A stretch of DNA of 63,537 nucleotides, counting the filler. It is 15 parts of 15 records of this genome, joined end to end, with 100 filler letters (N's around TTAATTAATTAA, not from the genome) between each part and the next. Parts side by side here need not be neighbours in the genome. Positions count along the whole stretch, not along the records: positions 38,657 to 47,446 come from SRR7504441_85566; positions 47,547 to 50,923 come from SRR7504441_85695; 13 more parts are not named here. The stretch is one strand, 5' to 3'. Position numbers and translations under genes: made by a program. Of this stretch, positions 38,827-51,023 are shown one piece after another. The notes beneath the pieces were generated by a model that saw only the letters and a program-made list of their open reading frames with translations, did not search any database and was not told the origin of the DNA. How positions within the stretch are numbered: the first letter of the stretch is position 1; the number at the start of each line of letters is the position of its first letter.

Positions 38827-39906
38827 ATGGGTTGCTGCGCGGGCGCGCCGCTCGAGGCGTCCGAGGTCCAGTTCGACTCGGACTCGGAGCAGTCGGCCGA
38901 CCTCCCGCCGGTCGACTCGTCCGAGACCGACCACCGGCCCAGCGACTTCCACGCCAGGGCGGCCGCCGCCTTGGGCCAGGCCCGGCGGCAGCGGGGTGCG
39001 ACCGGGCCGGGGGGCGGCTGAGCCCGGGGGCAGCCGCGCGGTGGGCGGTGGGCCCGATGGGCGAGACGGCGCGGCACGAGATCAGCCAGGAGTTCCCTAG
39101 CCACCTGAGCTGGCGGTTTGTGCTCTGCCTGGAGATGCTCAGGGACCGGGAGTACGATACCCGCACCGATAACAAGGCCATACTGCACTCGCGGCTGCCG
39201 ACCAAGCGCCCCCGCGAGGTCAGCCCGGGCCGGCCGGGCGCCAGCGGGGGGCAGTACCGGTACGCCTTCCGGATGAGGCTGCCGTGGGCGGTGCGGGTGG
39301 CCACGGGGCTGGAGTGAGTCTCGCCCGGGGTTGAGCTGAGTCGGGGCGCAGCGTGGCGCACGGGAAGGGGCGGGCGTGGTTGGCTCCCGGTCGGCGGGTG
39401 CTGGCCGTGCTCGAGCAGAAGTGTGCCCCGAGCCGGCTGCGGGTGAGCTGTGGCCAGTGTGGCGCCTGGGGCGGATAGCTGGACATACTTAAGCTACACC
39501 GAGTACTCGGAGGAGGAGGGCCGGTGCCGCAAGCAGATCGCGATCGAGCTGGACCCTCCGCGCTGGATGCCCAGATGGGTGGTGAGCTTGGCGAAACGGG
39601 TGTACGACAGGTACTCTCGTGTGCGGTCTGGCCTGGCGCTGATCATTGGACAGTGGCCAGGCGGGGCAACACGCGAATCTAGTCGGGCGATATAGCAGCC
39701 TTGAGGCCTGCCTGGCCGCTTGTGCTGAGCTGCGTGAGCTCGAGGCGGGCGGCGGGGGCGTTGTGGAGGCGATGGGTCTGCTCGGAGTGGCCATGCCTGA
39801 CGCTAGCGATCGGCCCCCGGAGGAGCTGGGCGCAAATGCCGAGGAAGAACTTGGGTTCTGTGAGACTTCGGGCTACTTTACGCCTCCTAGAAGTCCGATA
39901 TTATAA
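38827..39906 (+). CDS. Putative START-like protein with MGCC dual-acylation N-terminus
   Basis: MGCC start; spliced exons include YAFRMRLPW and SYTEY.....C......ELDP..WMPRWVV, typical of START C-terminal elements. Confidence 0.5.
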
Positions 39907-40011
39907 TGCACACTTCAACTAAAAGAATATCAATCTTGAAACACGCATCATGGGTATAAAATCGGCCCACGTAATTGGATACACTAGCCGCCCGCACAAA
40001 TAAGCAGCTAC

Positions 40012-41743
40012 CTAGTCTTCAAACAACAGATCCGGCCTTTGCTCAGCCAGCTGGAGCACCGCCTCGCCCAAGTAGCTGTTAGCCATCGCAAACCAAAACC
40101 TCGTGTACTCGGAGGCGTTCTGGTACCAGTAAGACTCGTGCATCAGCCCAGTCCCGCCACTCGACTCCACAAGCGCCCGCAGGATCGCACGCCGCTCCTG
40201 GTCCGCACTTGCCCCGGAGCCGGCCACAGTCAGCAGCCGGATGCTCAGTGATAGCGGCCAAATCCTGCCAAGTCCCGGATTCCCCGAGGCGTCCTCCGAG
40301 CCTATCCCGCCGAGCACCGGACAGGCGGCGGGGTGGTCGCATCCGTAAAAGTACGGGTTGGTCCTGTTGCTCAGCAAGAGCCTTCGAGTGCTCTGATACA
40401 CGGCGTGCTCGGCGGGGAGGTACCCCAGGAAGGGCAAGCTGAGCAGCGAGGGCGGGTTGGCGTCGTCCCCAAAGAAAAAGTTGCCAAACCCGTCCACCTC
40501 CATCGCGAACACCTCCGCCCCCGAGCTGTGCCGCACCACCCCCCACTGCGAGATCGCCCTGTCCACCTGGTCCGCCAGCCGCTCCGCCGCCGCTGCGAGA
40601 TCCGGCGCGAGTCCCAGCTGCCCGAGCAGCTTGGCGAGCCCTCGCAGCTCGACAACCAGGAACGCGTTCCCCGGGATGTGGTACGGCAGCCGGGGCGAGT
40701 CGTCGCTGGGCAGGAACGAGGTCCGGACCAGCCCGGTGTACCGGTGGTTGCGTCCTATCCCGTGGGCCGAGGTGTCTTTGGGCTCGTCGCTCAGAGTCTG
40801 GAATGTATAGTTTGTCTCGGAATAGTTGCGCGGCCCCAGCGGCGCCTGCATCACTCGATAAGCCACCGCCACTAATACTGTACTGACCTGCATGGTCCGG
40901 TAGGTCGTCACCACCGTGCGAGCAGCCTCCAGCCACTCCGCATCAAACGGCCGCCTGTCCTCAGTTGCCTGCCCCAGCCATCCCCTCCCCCCCCGCCGGG
41001 CTGGGCGCCTCCCAGTACTGGCGCGATAGCTTTAAGAACGAGCTTAGCGAGTCCATTTCCCACCTGGATCACACAGTCTCAGCAGAGTCTCAACACACAC
41101 AGTGCTTGCGCTGGTGGATCCCAACTCGCATCCCGTTCACCCGAGTGCCGTTGGCGGTCAGCTTGGTCGTCTTGTCCTTGGTCCACGCCCCCGGGTTGCA
41201 CTCCAGCGCCGCCTGCCCCCCGTCGCCCCCGGCGCCCCCCCCCCGCACAACCTGCTTAGTCTCGAAATAATCAAAAGCGTTCGCGTAAGGGTCGAGCAGC
41301 ACGCTGCCGGCGTGCCGCTTGATCAGCCCCCGGAGCAGCCGGCCCATGCCCTCAGGCTCCTGCTTGGCGTATCGGATGTACGGCAGCACCTGGTTTTGGG
41401 AGTCGCGCAGGTACAGGCTCGGCTGATCCCCGGTGGAGATGAAGCTTCGCGGATCCTTGGGGCCGGGCGCCTGCCAGACGGTGGTGTCCAGCGTGTTGGG
41501 CAGGCAGTTCCACAGCAGCGTGCTCAGCTCCGGCAGGCGCCACCGGCGGGCCCTCAGCGCGGCCAGCGAGGCCTCCAGCGCAGGCGAGACGAAGCTCCTG
41601 TTGGCCGGGGCCGGACGGGCGTCTGGGAGCGGGCGGGTCGGCGGGACGGCGGGCGGGCCCTGGTGCCCGTCCTTGCAGTCGAGCTTGCCGGCGGCCGCCC
41701 CCAGAGCAGCGCAGAGCAGCGCGAGGCGAACAGCTGGTACCAT
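40012..41743 (-). CDS. Secreted glycoside hydrolase family 125 (exo-alpha-mannosidase-like)
   Basis: Signal peptide; RP....R.F.S, NCLPNTLDTTV, TGD....LRDS, DPYANAF, TGL....F.PSDD, EVDGFG.....DDANPPSLLSLP.LGY, GTGLMHES, FAMANS. Confidence 0.92.
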
Positions 41744-41859
41744 GAGCTGAGTGTTGCACAGAGTTGCACAGCCTCCCACCGGAGTGCAAAATAAACGAAA
41801 AGATGGAGAAATGTGGCATTTCCTGGAATTTCTTTTTCTGTGACTGGAGCTCAACCGAG

Positions 41860-43626
41860 ATGGCCATGCTCAGGAGGGTGCTGGTGGCCCTCGCGCTGGT
41901 GGCCGGGCTGGGGCGGGGGGAGGAGCAAGGGGCGGGGGAGCTCGGGCTGCTGGCCGCCAAGATCAGCGCCGCATCCCCGGCCGTCCGCCAGCCCATGCTC
42001 AAACGCATCTGCGACGAGGCGTTCGGGGCCGACGGGAAGCAGCCCAAGAAAGGCTTCTTCGGAGCTCTCAGCACCCAATCGCAGCCGAGCCAGCAGCCAA
42101 CTACCCCGGCGGCCAAGCCCTCTAGCTCGCGCCGGGCCACCTCGGGAGACAACGCCAAGGCCGCCAAGGAGCTGACGCGCTGCGCCAATAAGCCCAAGGG
42201 CTGCGGCTATCAGGACCTGTTACGGTTCGCCAAGGAACAGTCGCCCCGGTGCGGGAAGCTGCTTGGCGCCAAAACTGTGATCCACTTGCCGGGTCGCCCG
42301 ACGCCCCAAACTGTGGAGACAGAGACTTGGCTAAAGGTGGCGTCGCAGGCCAAAATCCTAGTCAAAGGTTCGATGGAGCGGGTAAAAGACCAATACAAGG
42401 GTCTGAAGTTGGAACCCCCCAAGGTTAGCTGGAACCTTGGCAAAATCGGAAAGTCAATCAAAAAACTCAAGGACTATTTTGGGAAAATTACTTCCATCAA
42501 TGAGGATGTGCAGAAAGCAAAGATTAACTTCAGGGAAGTTCGGGACGTCACGGCCACGACCTCCCGCGTGCGCGGAACAGTGCTGATTACCGGAAAAGCT
42601 GCTGTTACCTTCCCTGCATCGTGCTCGGGAGTCTGTAACGGCAGGATGCAGGGAAACTCTAAAAAGCTCAAAGAGTGGCCAAGTTCAGAAGTGCACAAGT
42701 TGGCAGCAGAACACATGGCGACAAAACAGAATGAGGCCGCGAAGAAGGCTGCCAAGAATGAAAAGAAGACTACAGAGGAGAGCAGGCGGCGCCGCAGGAA
42801 GAAGGGCGGAGAGAAGAAATCAAAGGGGAGTGGGCGGCGTAGGAAGAAAGGCGGAGCGAAGCCGGCAGCAAAGAAGAGCAGCGGCAGGCGGCGCCGCAGG
42901 AAGAAGGAGCTTGTGTTGGCTGAAACTGCGTCTATTGGCGGCCGCCGAAGAAGGAAAAGCAAAAAGGCCACAAAGAAGGCCGCGAAGGCTATGAATGTTG
43001 ACCTGAACGAGCTGTGTGCAACTAGCAGTAAGCTTCCAGACAAGACACGGGAAAAACTGCTAAATGAATACTGGTGTGTTGAGGACCCTAAGTATGGCCC
43101 TGGCAGTCGTGAATGCGTCAATTGCCAGCACCAGAAATGTGTAAAGACCCACGGGGCTGGGAACTGTTGGAAATGTAGTGCAATGGTCCAACTTGGTAGC
43201 ATTGGCTACGTGTGCAGTGCCAATGATGGTCAAGTGTCCACAGTATGTAAAGCTCTTATCACAGACGAGGCCACACAGCCTTGGGTGGGTGCCTTTGTGA
43301 AGCAAGCCTCCGATGTCCCTCTAAAAAGCCTGCCGGGCGCAATAACAAGGTTAGGAGAAAGCACCCAAGGGGGGCGTCGACGAAGGAAAAGCAAAAAGGC
43401 CGCAAAGAAGGCACGAGCTCCTGCACCAGCTGCAGTAAAAAAGGTTGGAAAGGAGGATCTGCCACTAAGCATACTCACATTCCCGATGCTGAAGGAGGTG
43501 CACTGTGAGAATGCGGAGAGCTGTACCACAAGCAAGGCTACTCCGTGCATGAAGGACACGGCTGATGCTCCCTCGAATAATTGTAAGCCTAATGATGAGC
43601 TAACGAGTCTCATTAAAGCGTTTTAA
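41860..43626 (+). CDS. Intronless secreted Cys-rich, Lys/Arg-rich protein of unknown family
   Basis: Signal peptide MAMLRRVLVALALVAGLGRG, long open frame, about 19 Cys and repeated (G)RRRR(R)KK/KSKK blocks. Confidence 0.8.
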   Translation: MAMLRRVLVALALVAGLGRGEEQGAGELGLLAAKISAASPAVRQPMLKRICDEAFGADGKQPKKGFFGALSTQSQPSQQPTTPAAKPSSSRRATSGDNAKAAKELTRCANKPKGCGYQDLLRFAKEQSPRCGKLLGAKTVIHLPGRPTPQTVETETWLKVASQAKILVKGSMERVKDQYKGLKLEPPKVSWNLGKIGKSIKKLKDYFGKITSINEDVQKAKINFREVRDVTATTSRVRGTVLITGKAAVTFPASCSGVCNGRMQGNSKKLKEWPSSEVHKLAAEHMATKQNEAAKKAAKNEKKTTEESRRRRRKKGGEKKSKGSGRRRKKGGAKPAAKKSSGRRRRRKKELVLAETASIGGRRRRKSKKATKKAAKAMNVDLNELCATSSKLPDKTREKLLNEYWCVEDPKYGPGSRECVNCQHQKCVKTHGAGNCWKCSAMVQLGSIGYVCSANDGQVSTVCKALITDEATQPWVGAFVKQASDVPLKSLPGAITRLGESTQGGRRRRKSKKAAKKARAPAPAAVKKVGKEDLPLSILTFPMLKEVHCENAESCTTSKATPCMKDTADAPSNNCKPNDELTSLIKAF

Positions 43627-43744
43627 TTAACTAAACAGCTCATCTCCATGTTATCTAGAATTCTAGATCTCGTCTTTATGCGCCGCTTGGCGTCGACTTG
43701 CGTCTCACGCGTGCTCATTCATGCAGCCGATTCTCCATAGATTC

Positions 43745-46485
43745 TCAAGGTGCATCGATGACGGTATACGCCATATCGTAGCCGCCACCTTCAACGTGTG
43801 GCAAGTTATGCCCGAGCTGGAAAGCCACCCCGAGCCGCCTCCCGGCCCCGAGCACCACCATGTCCGAGTAGCCCGACGGGCCAGGGTACACCCCGGCGCT
43901 CCAGCTCCATTGCTTGCCGCCGTCCAAGCTCGAGTAGATTGTGTAGTTGGTTCTGTCGCCGGTGGTCGTGTTCATCGGGAAGCCCATGTACAATCGGGTG
44001 GCCCCGTCGACTTGGGTCGACACCATCGCTGCTTCCACTTGATGCACCGGCAGTCCGGCCAGCCCCAAGTGCCACGTCTCGGCCCAGCTTGTGCCGCCAT
44101 CATCAGACCGGCCAAACAGGCGACAGTGATAGCTCCCGTTGCAAGCGTTCAGATTGGGCGGTGTGCCCGGGCTGTGGCGTGTGCTGATCAGCAGAGACCC
44201 GTTCTGCAGCTCTGCGACTGCCGACTCGCCATCGGTTCTGAGGCCGGACGGATGCGGCAGCTGCGCGCCAGCCTGCCAAGATTCGCCGTCGTCATCTGAG
44301 TAAATCGCGTTGGTCACGCTGGTTGGATGGCTCTGAAAGATCTCGCTAGTGACCACCAGCCGGCCTTTGTGTGGACCCCGCTTGATCTGTAACCCGTGCG
44401 CCACAAACCCGCTCGACATGAACCGGGCGCTCCCTGGGAGCTCCGCCGGTTGGCTCCAGGTCAGCCCGGTGTCACGGCTCTTGATCATCATCACGGTCCC
44501 CGGGGGCGCGCCATTCCCAGGCTGAGCGTACACGAAAAAGCTGGTATCGCTGGTGGCGCTGTGCACCAACTGGCCGCCGCTGAATACGGTGGACGTGCAC
44601 CCATCATACAGCAGCTTGGCTGGAGGCTGCCACGATCCGCCACCGTCAAGGCTCCGCCTGAGCTCGTACCATGTCGGTGTCTGGTGCGGCGCGTCGGGCG
44701 GGTCGCATTTGCCGAGCGCCGCGAGCAAGACAGTGCCGTTATTTGTGCTGCAGAAGCTCGCCCCCCACCAGTTGCCCGCACCGCCGCTCCCGTGCTTGGA
44801 TGGCTTAAACGTCCACAGAGTCTGCACAGGACGCGGATCAGCCCGCGCCGCCTTCTTGGACACGACCACTGTCACCACCGCCCCAGGCTGCAGCCCAGCC
44901 GCCGGATAAAGCCGGACCACTGGGTCCGACTGGTTGTACTCGATACGGACGCTGCCCGTGCTCGCGGTGGCTGTTATGTCCGCACCGTCCGGGTACCGGG
45001 CCGGCCACACAAATAGCTCTGACGCGACTGCGAGCGACTGGAGGCGGTACTGGAGCCGAAAGAGCCCGCTGGTCTGGTTGAAGGACATGGCGATGTGCTC
45101 GCCCGCCACTCGAGGGGCGTAGGTCCGAGTGAGGTCTGTCGAGTAGTACGCAGGCGGGCTGCCCAGCGCAGGCCAATCGACCCCATGCCCGGTCTTGGGC
45201 GCCCCCCAGCTGTAGTACTGGCTAACGGAATGGGCGTCGGCCGGGCCCTCGCGCACGAACGATTTCCAGCCCCAGTCGGCCCAGCCCTGCAGCCGGGCGT
45301 CGCAGGCATCGGTCAGGTTGCCCTTGGTGTCGTACTTCCCGGGGGCCCAGATCGCCTCGGTCTCGGTCATCATGGCCCCCGTCCCCAGCCGCACAGCCGA
45401 CTGCACATGGCTGTCCACCTGTTCCGTTGCTGTCCGTTGAGGCGGCTCGTAGAAGTGATAAGTCAGCACCGTTCTGTTGGCATACTCGGGGCCTCCGGGC
45501 GGTGCGGAGAACCCCGAGCCCAGGTCACCCCAGGTGACCCCCGCGATGAAGAGCAGGGTCTGTTGGTCGACGGCCCGGACGGCAGCGTTCACCTTGTCGT
45601 ACACCGGTTGCAGGTTGACTCTGTCTGCGTTGGTCGGGCTCGGCCACGGCACCTGCGCCCCGTCCCCCCCCCCCCGGCATAGCCACACACCATGATGGCC
45701 GGGTGGTGGTAGAAGTCTCCAGCGAACGGCTCGTTGAACAGATTCAGGCCGACCACCTCCGTCCGGCCCGCGAACCGCTCAGCAACTTTCCCCCAGAACA
45801 TCGCATAAGCGTCGGCGGTTCCATTCCAGTTAGACCAGAGCGCCTGGTAGGCCTGGCTGGCCTCGTAGGTGCTCTCCCCGAAGGAGGGGCCGTGCTTGTG
45901 GCTGTCGCAGGCCTGTCGGGTCGGGATGCTCGCCCCGGCCAGCTTCGGCTCGCTGTAGTAGCTGGTTCCGTTGAATCGGCTGAACGGCGCCGGGAACGGC
46001 TTTCGGAGCGGCTGGTCCCAACGGTCAACATTCCGCTTGACCGCCCAGCTCGGGAGGCCCTCCCCGCAGAAGTGCTCGGACAGCCCGTCCTGATGCATGT
46101 CGAGCATCACGTAAACCCCGTGCCGCCCGGCGTTCTGGACGATTTGGTCGATATGGTCGAGGTAACTCTCGTTGTACTGGCCGCGGACGGGCTCCAGCCC
46201 GGGCCACATCACCCCGAGACGCAAAAAGTTCAGCCCGAGCCGGCGCATCCAGCCGAAATCCTCAACGGTCATCGAGATATCTGTAGAGAAGGTGGTTGTG
46301 TCCGGGTGCCAGGGCGGGCCCTTCACCACAGCGCTCGAGCCGTGGAAGAGCAGCTCGCGGCCCTCGGCGTCCACAAACCCGGCCGCCCGCCCGGCCCGCG
46401 GCTCCAGGTGCACCCGGCTCAGCCCGGCCGCCACCGCCGTCAGCAGCGCCAGCGCCAGGAGCATGCGACCCAGTTGTCCCGGCAT
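43745..46485 (-). CDS. Secreted GH5 endoglycoceramidase-like enzyme fused to a C-terminal BNR/sialidase (GH33-like) propeller
   Basis: Signal peptide; FVD..GR....HG...V.KGPPW, RLGVMWPGLEP..G.YN..YL, LDMHQD, NEP, YH.Y, TE; EGCase C-terminal beta domain (RTYA..VAG). Then five Asp-boxes S.D.G.(S/T)W and GYSD. One 36-nt intron near 45655-45690. Confidence 0.9.
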
Positions 46486-46552
46486 GAACTCCAAAATTAA
46501 TGCTCAGAAGTCCGTTAACGTTGGAGGTCGTTGCTCCGGGGAATCGGCGGGG

Positions 46553-47446
46553 ATGGGAGCCTGCTGCTCGTCGGACGACACCTCGGCGCGGCCCGGCCGG
46601 CCGGGCGGGCGACGGCTGGGCAGGTGAGCGAGGGGATCGTGCCCCGTCCGCTCCGGTTTGACCAGTACGCCCGCGAGGCCCTCAACTCGGGCGGTGGCCC
46701 AGGCCCGCCCGCCCGGCCAGCGGCGGCCAGAGTGGGCCCCGGCCTCCGAGCGGACCCTGCGGAACGTGCTCGTACTCCCGGGAGCGCTGCGCCCGGACGG
46801 CTCGCCCGACCCCAACCAGTGGGTCCTCTCCTGCCGGTGGGTTGTCCGTTGGGATCGGCGAGCGGCGGCAGGTTCCACCCGTCGGACCCGGCCCGGATAG
46901 TGAGCTCCACCCACGACTCCCGGATCGTCGAGTGGAGGCTAACCGACGGATCCCACCGGCCGGTGATGGCCCACCACCCGACAGGCGCGATCTTCAGCTG
47001 CGACTTTCACCCGAACGGCCAGCTGCTCGCCTCAGGCGGCGGGTGCCCGGTAGCTCCAGGGCCGGGCCGAGCGGCCGGCACAGCGGGGCGCATGCCCGGG
47101 GAGGGGACGGTGTGGTGCGGATCACGGAGCTCGGCACGCGGCTTGAGCTCAAGAAGCTGGGCGGCCGGGCGCCCGGCGCCATCGCCCAGTCCGGACACAC
47201 GGACGCTGTCCGGTGCGCCTGCCGGCCGACCGGTGGCTGCAAGGAGCGGGCAGCTACCTTCGGTTCTCGCCTTGCGGCCGGTGGCTGGGCTCGGCTAGCC
47301 TGGACTCGACGGTCAAACTGTGGGATATGGAGCTGCCGGCGGAGACCGCGCAAGTGGCTTCTATGAGGCACCAGCACGCCACCGGGCGCAAGGCCAACGT
47401 CCGGTGCCCCCTTGGGCTGTGCCCCCCCCCCCCCCCCCCCCCCCCC
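46553..47446 (+). CDS. WD40-repeat protein with MGACC dual-acylation N-terminus (3' truncated)
   Basis: IFSCDFHPNGQLLASGG and FSPCGRWLGSASLDSTVKLWD repeats. Confidence 0.8.
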
Positions 47447-47701
47447 NNNNNNNNNNNNNNNNNNNNNNNNNNNNNNNNNNNNNNNNNNNNTTAATTAATT
47501 AANNNNNNNNNNNNNNNNNNNNNNNNNNNNNNNNNNNNNNNNNNNNAGAGACTAGAGGAACTCAGTCCCTACTACACTACCACCGCTGCCATGGACCTCT
47601 AGCGGCACTGAACTGCCACTCAATTCGCCATCAATTCGCTACCACTTCATTGGCATGATTGTGGTTGCGATAAAGAATACAATTATGACGTCTAACGAAG
47701 A

Positions 47702-50444
47702 CTACAAATGTGACGACTCCTCGCGTTGTGGTCTTGAAGGTCTTAAGATTGTCGAGAGTACCCCATGATCAGAGGGAAACGCAAAAGTTGGGAAGAACTT
47801 GCCTGCACACAGAACATACACGAAGTGAGTCCATGTGCACCAGCCTTAAATCTGCTACCCTCTTCATAAAGATGGTTGCCAGTGTTATCCCTGAATGTCC
47901 TGATTTGCACTCTCAAGTCACAGTGCTTGCAAAACCATGGCCACTACAGTGTTAACAGGCAGGGGACTGACTCTGCACATGCGAACTGGGAGTCATAGAA
48001 GATGATGTAATCCTTTAGGTTGACATCCGCATTTTTGTGAAACTTACCTGTCACAAATAAAATGAGTGCAATATACCAGAATAGCCCATGAAGATATCTC
48101 ATCAGGCATTGATACTCACGAATAACACCATCAGAGTCCTTTTGTGGTAGTGGGCATGCCTGCAGTCAAAGTGAAGGACATCAGATCATAATACGCACCT
48201 TATTGAGCTGAGGCTGCATGAACGTGCGAGCATTGCATGTGGTGTACCGAGTCGGGTCTGGGGTTTGACCCCAGCAGCTATTCATACCTGCAACTCTCTC
48301 GTTGGTTTACGAGGCTGGGCGGTGAGACCTTTTGAGGCAAAGTTTGCTCCAAATTCCACAACCCCGCACTTCTCGCCTTTATCTGCCCCTGCAAATGCAC
48401 AATCGGCAGTCGGTGGCACGGACCTCCAGGATACTCGTAAGTATTGGCATCCAACCCAAATATTAGTTTTGAGCTTGGATAGGAGGCCTGGATTGTCTTG
48501 TGCAGCGCCGTGAGAACAGGGATCTGAGAGCACGGCTGTGGGAGCGTCTCCACGGCCAGGTGGGGTACCGACGCGAGTCCATTTGTATCACCATGAAACG
48601 ACGCTAAGATGTACGAATGGCCTCCGACTGACATGATAGCAAGGTAAGGGACCACAAAATCAACCAGAGTACCATCCTCTGCGACAATGGTTAGCAAATC
48701 GCCATTTGCCAGCGGGCTCCTTGCCCCAGCTGGAAGGGCGCTCTGCCGCCAGCCTTAATCTGAAACCAGGTCGAGATCATACCTTTAGCTCAGCCTCTAC
48801 ATGTGGTGTGACCTGCGCAAAATCAGTGGACAAGGCCAATTAGAAGAACACACCTCAGTTCCCGCCCCTGATGGGAAGCGCTCCTTGTGCAAAAGGATAA
48901 CTGAGTTCTGGTCGCGCTTTGTGTCAAGCTTTGCCGGCAGAGCGCTGCATACGTGCAATTACTCGACCGCAGGCCAGCCATTGAGGCTCACATGTGATAT
49001 CTTGAAGACAGCGGGCTCCTTTGCAGGTGGTTAATGAAGTCGCTGCTCACCTGACAGCATGTTCTCTATTGGCATGCACAGGGCAAAGACCTCCTGCAAC
49101 AGGATCAGATCATCTCGACTGTACGCTTTATCCAGAATTTCTATTGTGCGTGGAACTTTCTGTAGATTGAGATTGTGGCACATCTCCTGCGTGGGTCACT
49201 CGGCATGTGGAGAGGGCCAGATAGCACACCTGCTTCATAGGCTGCCACTCACCAGGCGCCAGTGTGTTCATCAAGTGCACTAGGATAGCATCAAATATCC
49301 CCTGCCAGGTCTTAAGAGCTACAGGCACTAAGCCCATGCCTGACACATTATTTGAAGTGGCAACGAAATTGCCTCTTCCTCTACAGCCCCCCCGCAGGCG
49401 GTCAGATCGAGCGGCCACCGGTCTGCCCACCAGGCGAAATAGCAGGATACTTTGAGTGCAGAATCGGCGAGAGGATGGAATACACATTTGAAGGCTCCTG
49501 CCAACAGATCTGCTGTATGAGCCGCAGCTCGGGACCTTGTCTCCATCCAGCACGAGGGCTTGGTCGAAGAAGAAATCCATCCATTTATCAAACCAAATCT
49601 CCTGAAGCAGCAGCCGGTTCCTGAATCAGATTCAGCTCGCGGGATGCCTGTGATGACAGGTCGCCTTCAAAGCAATTGATCACTGTCGGCCGGTACGCCA
49701 GCCCACCGCCTGCGGCCCCACAGTGGCCCACAGGTCGACGCTGTGACTGCCTGAGAGGGCGATTGTATTTGTTATTCTATCAGGCATTGAGGCCAGCCTC
49801 TTCTTACCTACCGGCCGGAGCCCTCACGCCAACTATCCAGCAATGTGCACACCGAGCATTGGGTCACGCAGAAAGCCCTGGATGATGCTCCGCTGCCTGA
49901 AATTGGCGTTCCAGAGAGTGTCAACCTGGCTCAGTGCTGGTCTAGCTTGGGCCGGCCAGCACCTGGTCCAGCGATTCCCAGCCTACCTCGCCCATCCGCT
50001 TCATCAGCATATCGAACATCTTGGGGGTGAACACGCGCTCCACCTGCTCCCACCAATCGCCCCGGGTTCTCCGATCGGGGGAGCCGGCAGATCTCGATCC
50101 CCGGGGCTCTGCATCACTTGCTCAAGGTCAACCTGGCTCCAGCTTACAGGCCGCGGCTCCGGCGGGGACACCATCAGGCGCTGGTACACTGGGCTCTCGT
50201 CGTAGGTGATCCAATACTCAAATGGGTTGTTGTTAATGGCGGCAATGTTCCATGTGGAGATCTTGAGCTCGCGTCCCGCTGGGAGCCAGCCAGATTTCGG
50301 CTGGGAGACGGCGGTGGGCAACATATTGTACACAGCCACGACACAAAAGACACAGCTAGCGCAGCACCCAGCTAAGAGGACGGGTCTACTGGCACCCAGA
50401 TCGGTCGAGAAGCTCCGCGCCAGCTGCTGGACTGACCGCAGCAT
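47702..50444 (-). CDS. Endonuclease/exonuclease/phosphatase (EEP) superfamily protein with N-terminal hydrophobic anchor
   Basis: KISTWNIAAINNNPFEYW, D.ILLQE, SFHGDTNGL, LIFGLDAN and terminal FPSDHG, distributed over many small exons. Confidence 0.75.
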
Positions 50445-51023
50445 ACGATCAGTGCCGGGTCGAGCCTCAGCTCTGTAATAAGAGTGTAGACTACAAGTTA
50501 TAAGGTACTTTAGTAGTACAGGTGGGGCTGGGTGTGTCAGCACCGAAATGTGATTTGGGCCTAGCGGGCGCGATATTTGCTCAAACTTAGTGTTTAATGG
50601 TTCGAATGTTGGCTACACCTCACGGCACGAATTGCCTGACCACCTAGCCGGTTTGGGAGTCGTCGTTTTCAACCTTAAATTTATCTCGAAAGTTCAGTGA
50701 TTTTCTGCAGGCTAGGTGTACCAGCACCCGAACATATCGAGCTATAAAAGTGTGTAATTGCTATCAAACTTCGTTCTACTATAGTTAAGGGACTGTCGGT
50801 ACTTGCTATGGCCCCTCTAGAGCTAATACATTGCTCCTCTCCTTACGTGCAGTTACGCACGCTCTAACTTTACATGCGCCTTTCTTAATCGCGACACGCA
50901 TTCCAATTTAGCTCTATAGTGACNNNNNNNNNNNNNNNNNNNNNNNNNNNNNNNNNNNNNNNNNNNNTTAATTAATTAANNNNNNNNNNNNNNNNNNNNN
51001 NNNNNNNNNNNNNNNNNNNNNNN

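Noticed and set aside
47422-47446. Poly-C run at contig end
   Set aside because: Homopolymer at an assembly break, probably within an intron or a sequencing artefact.
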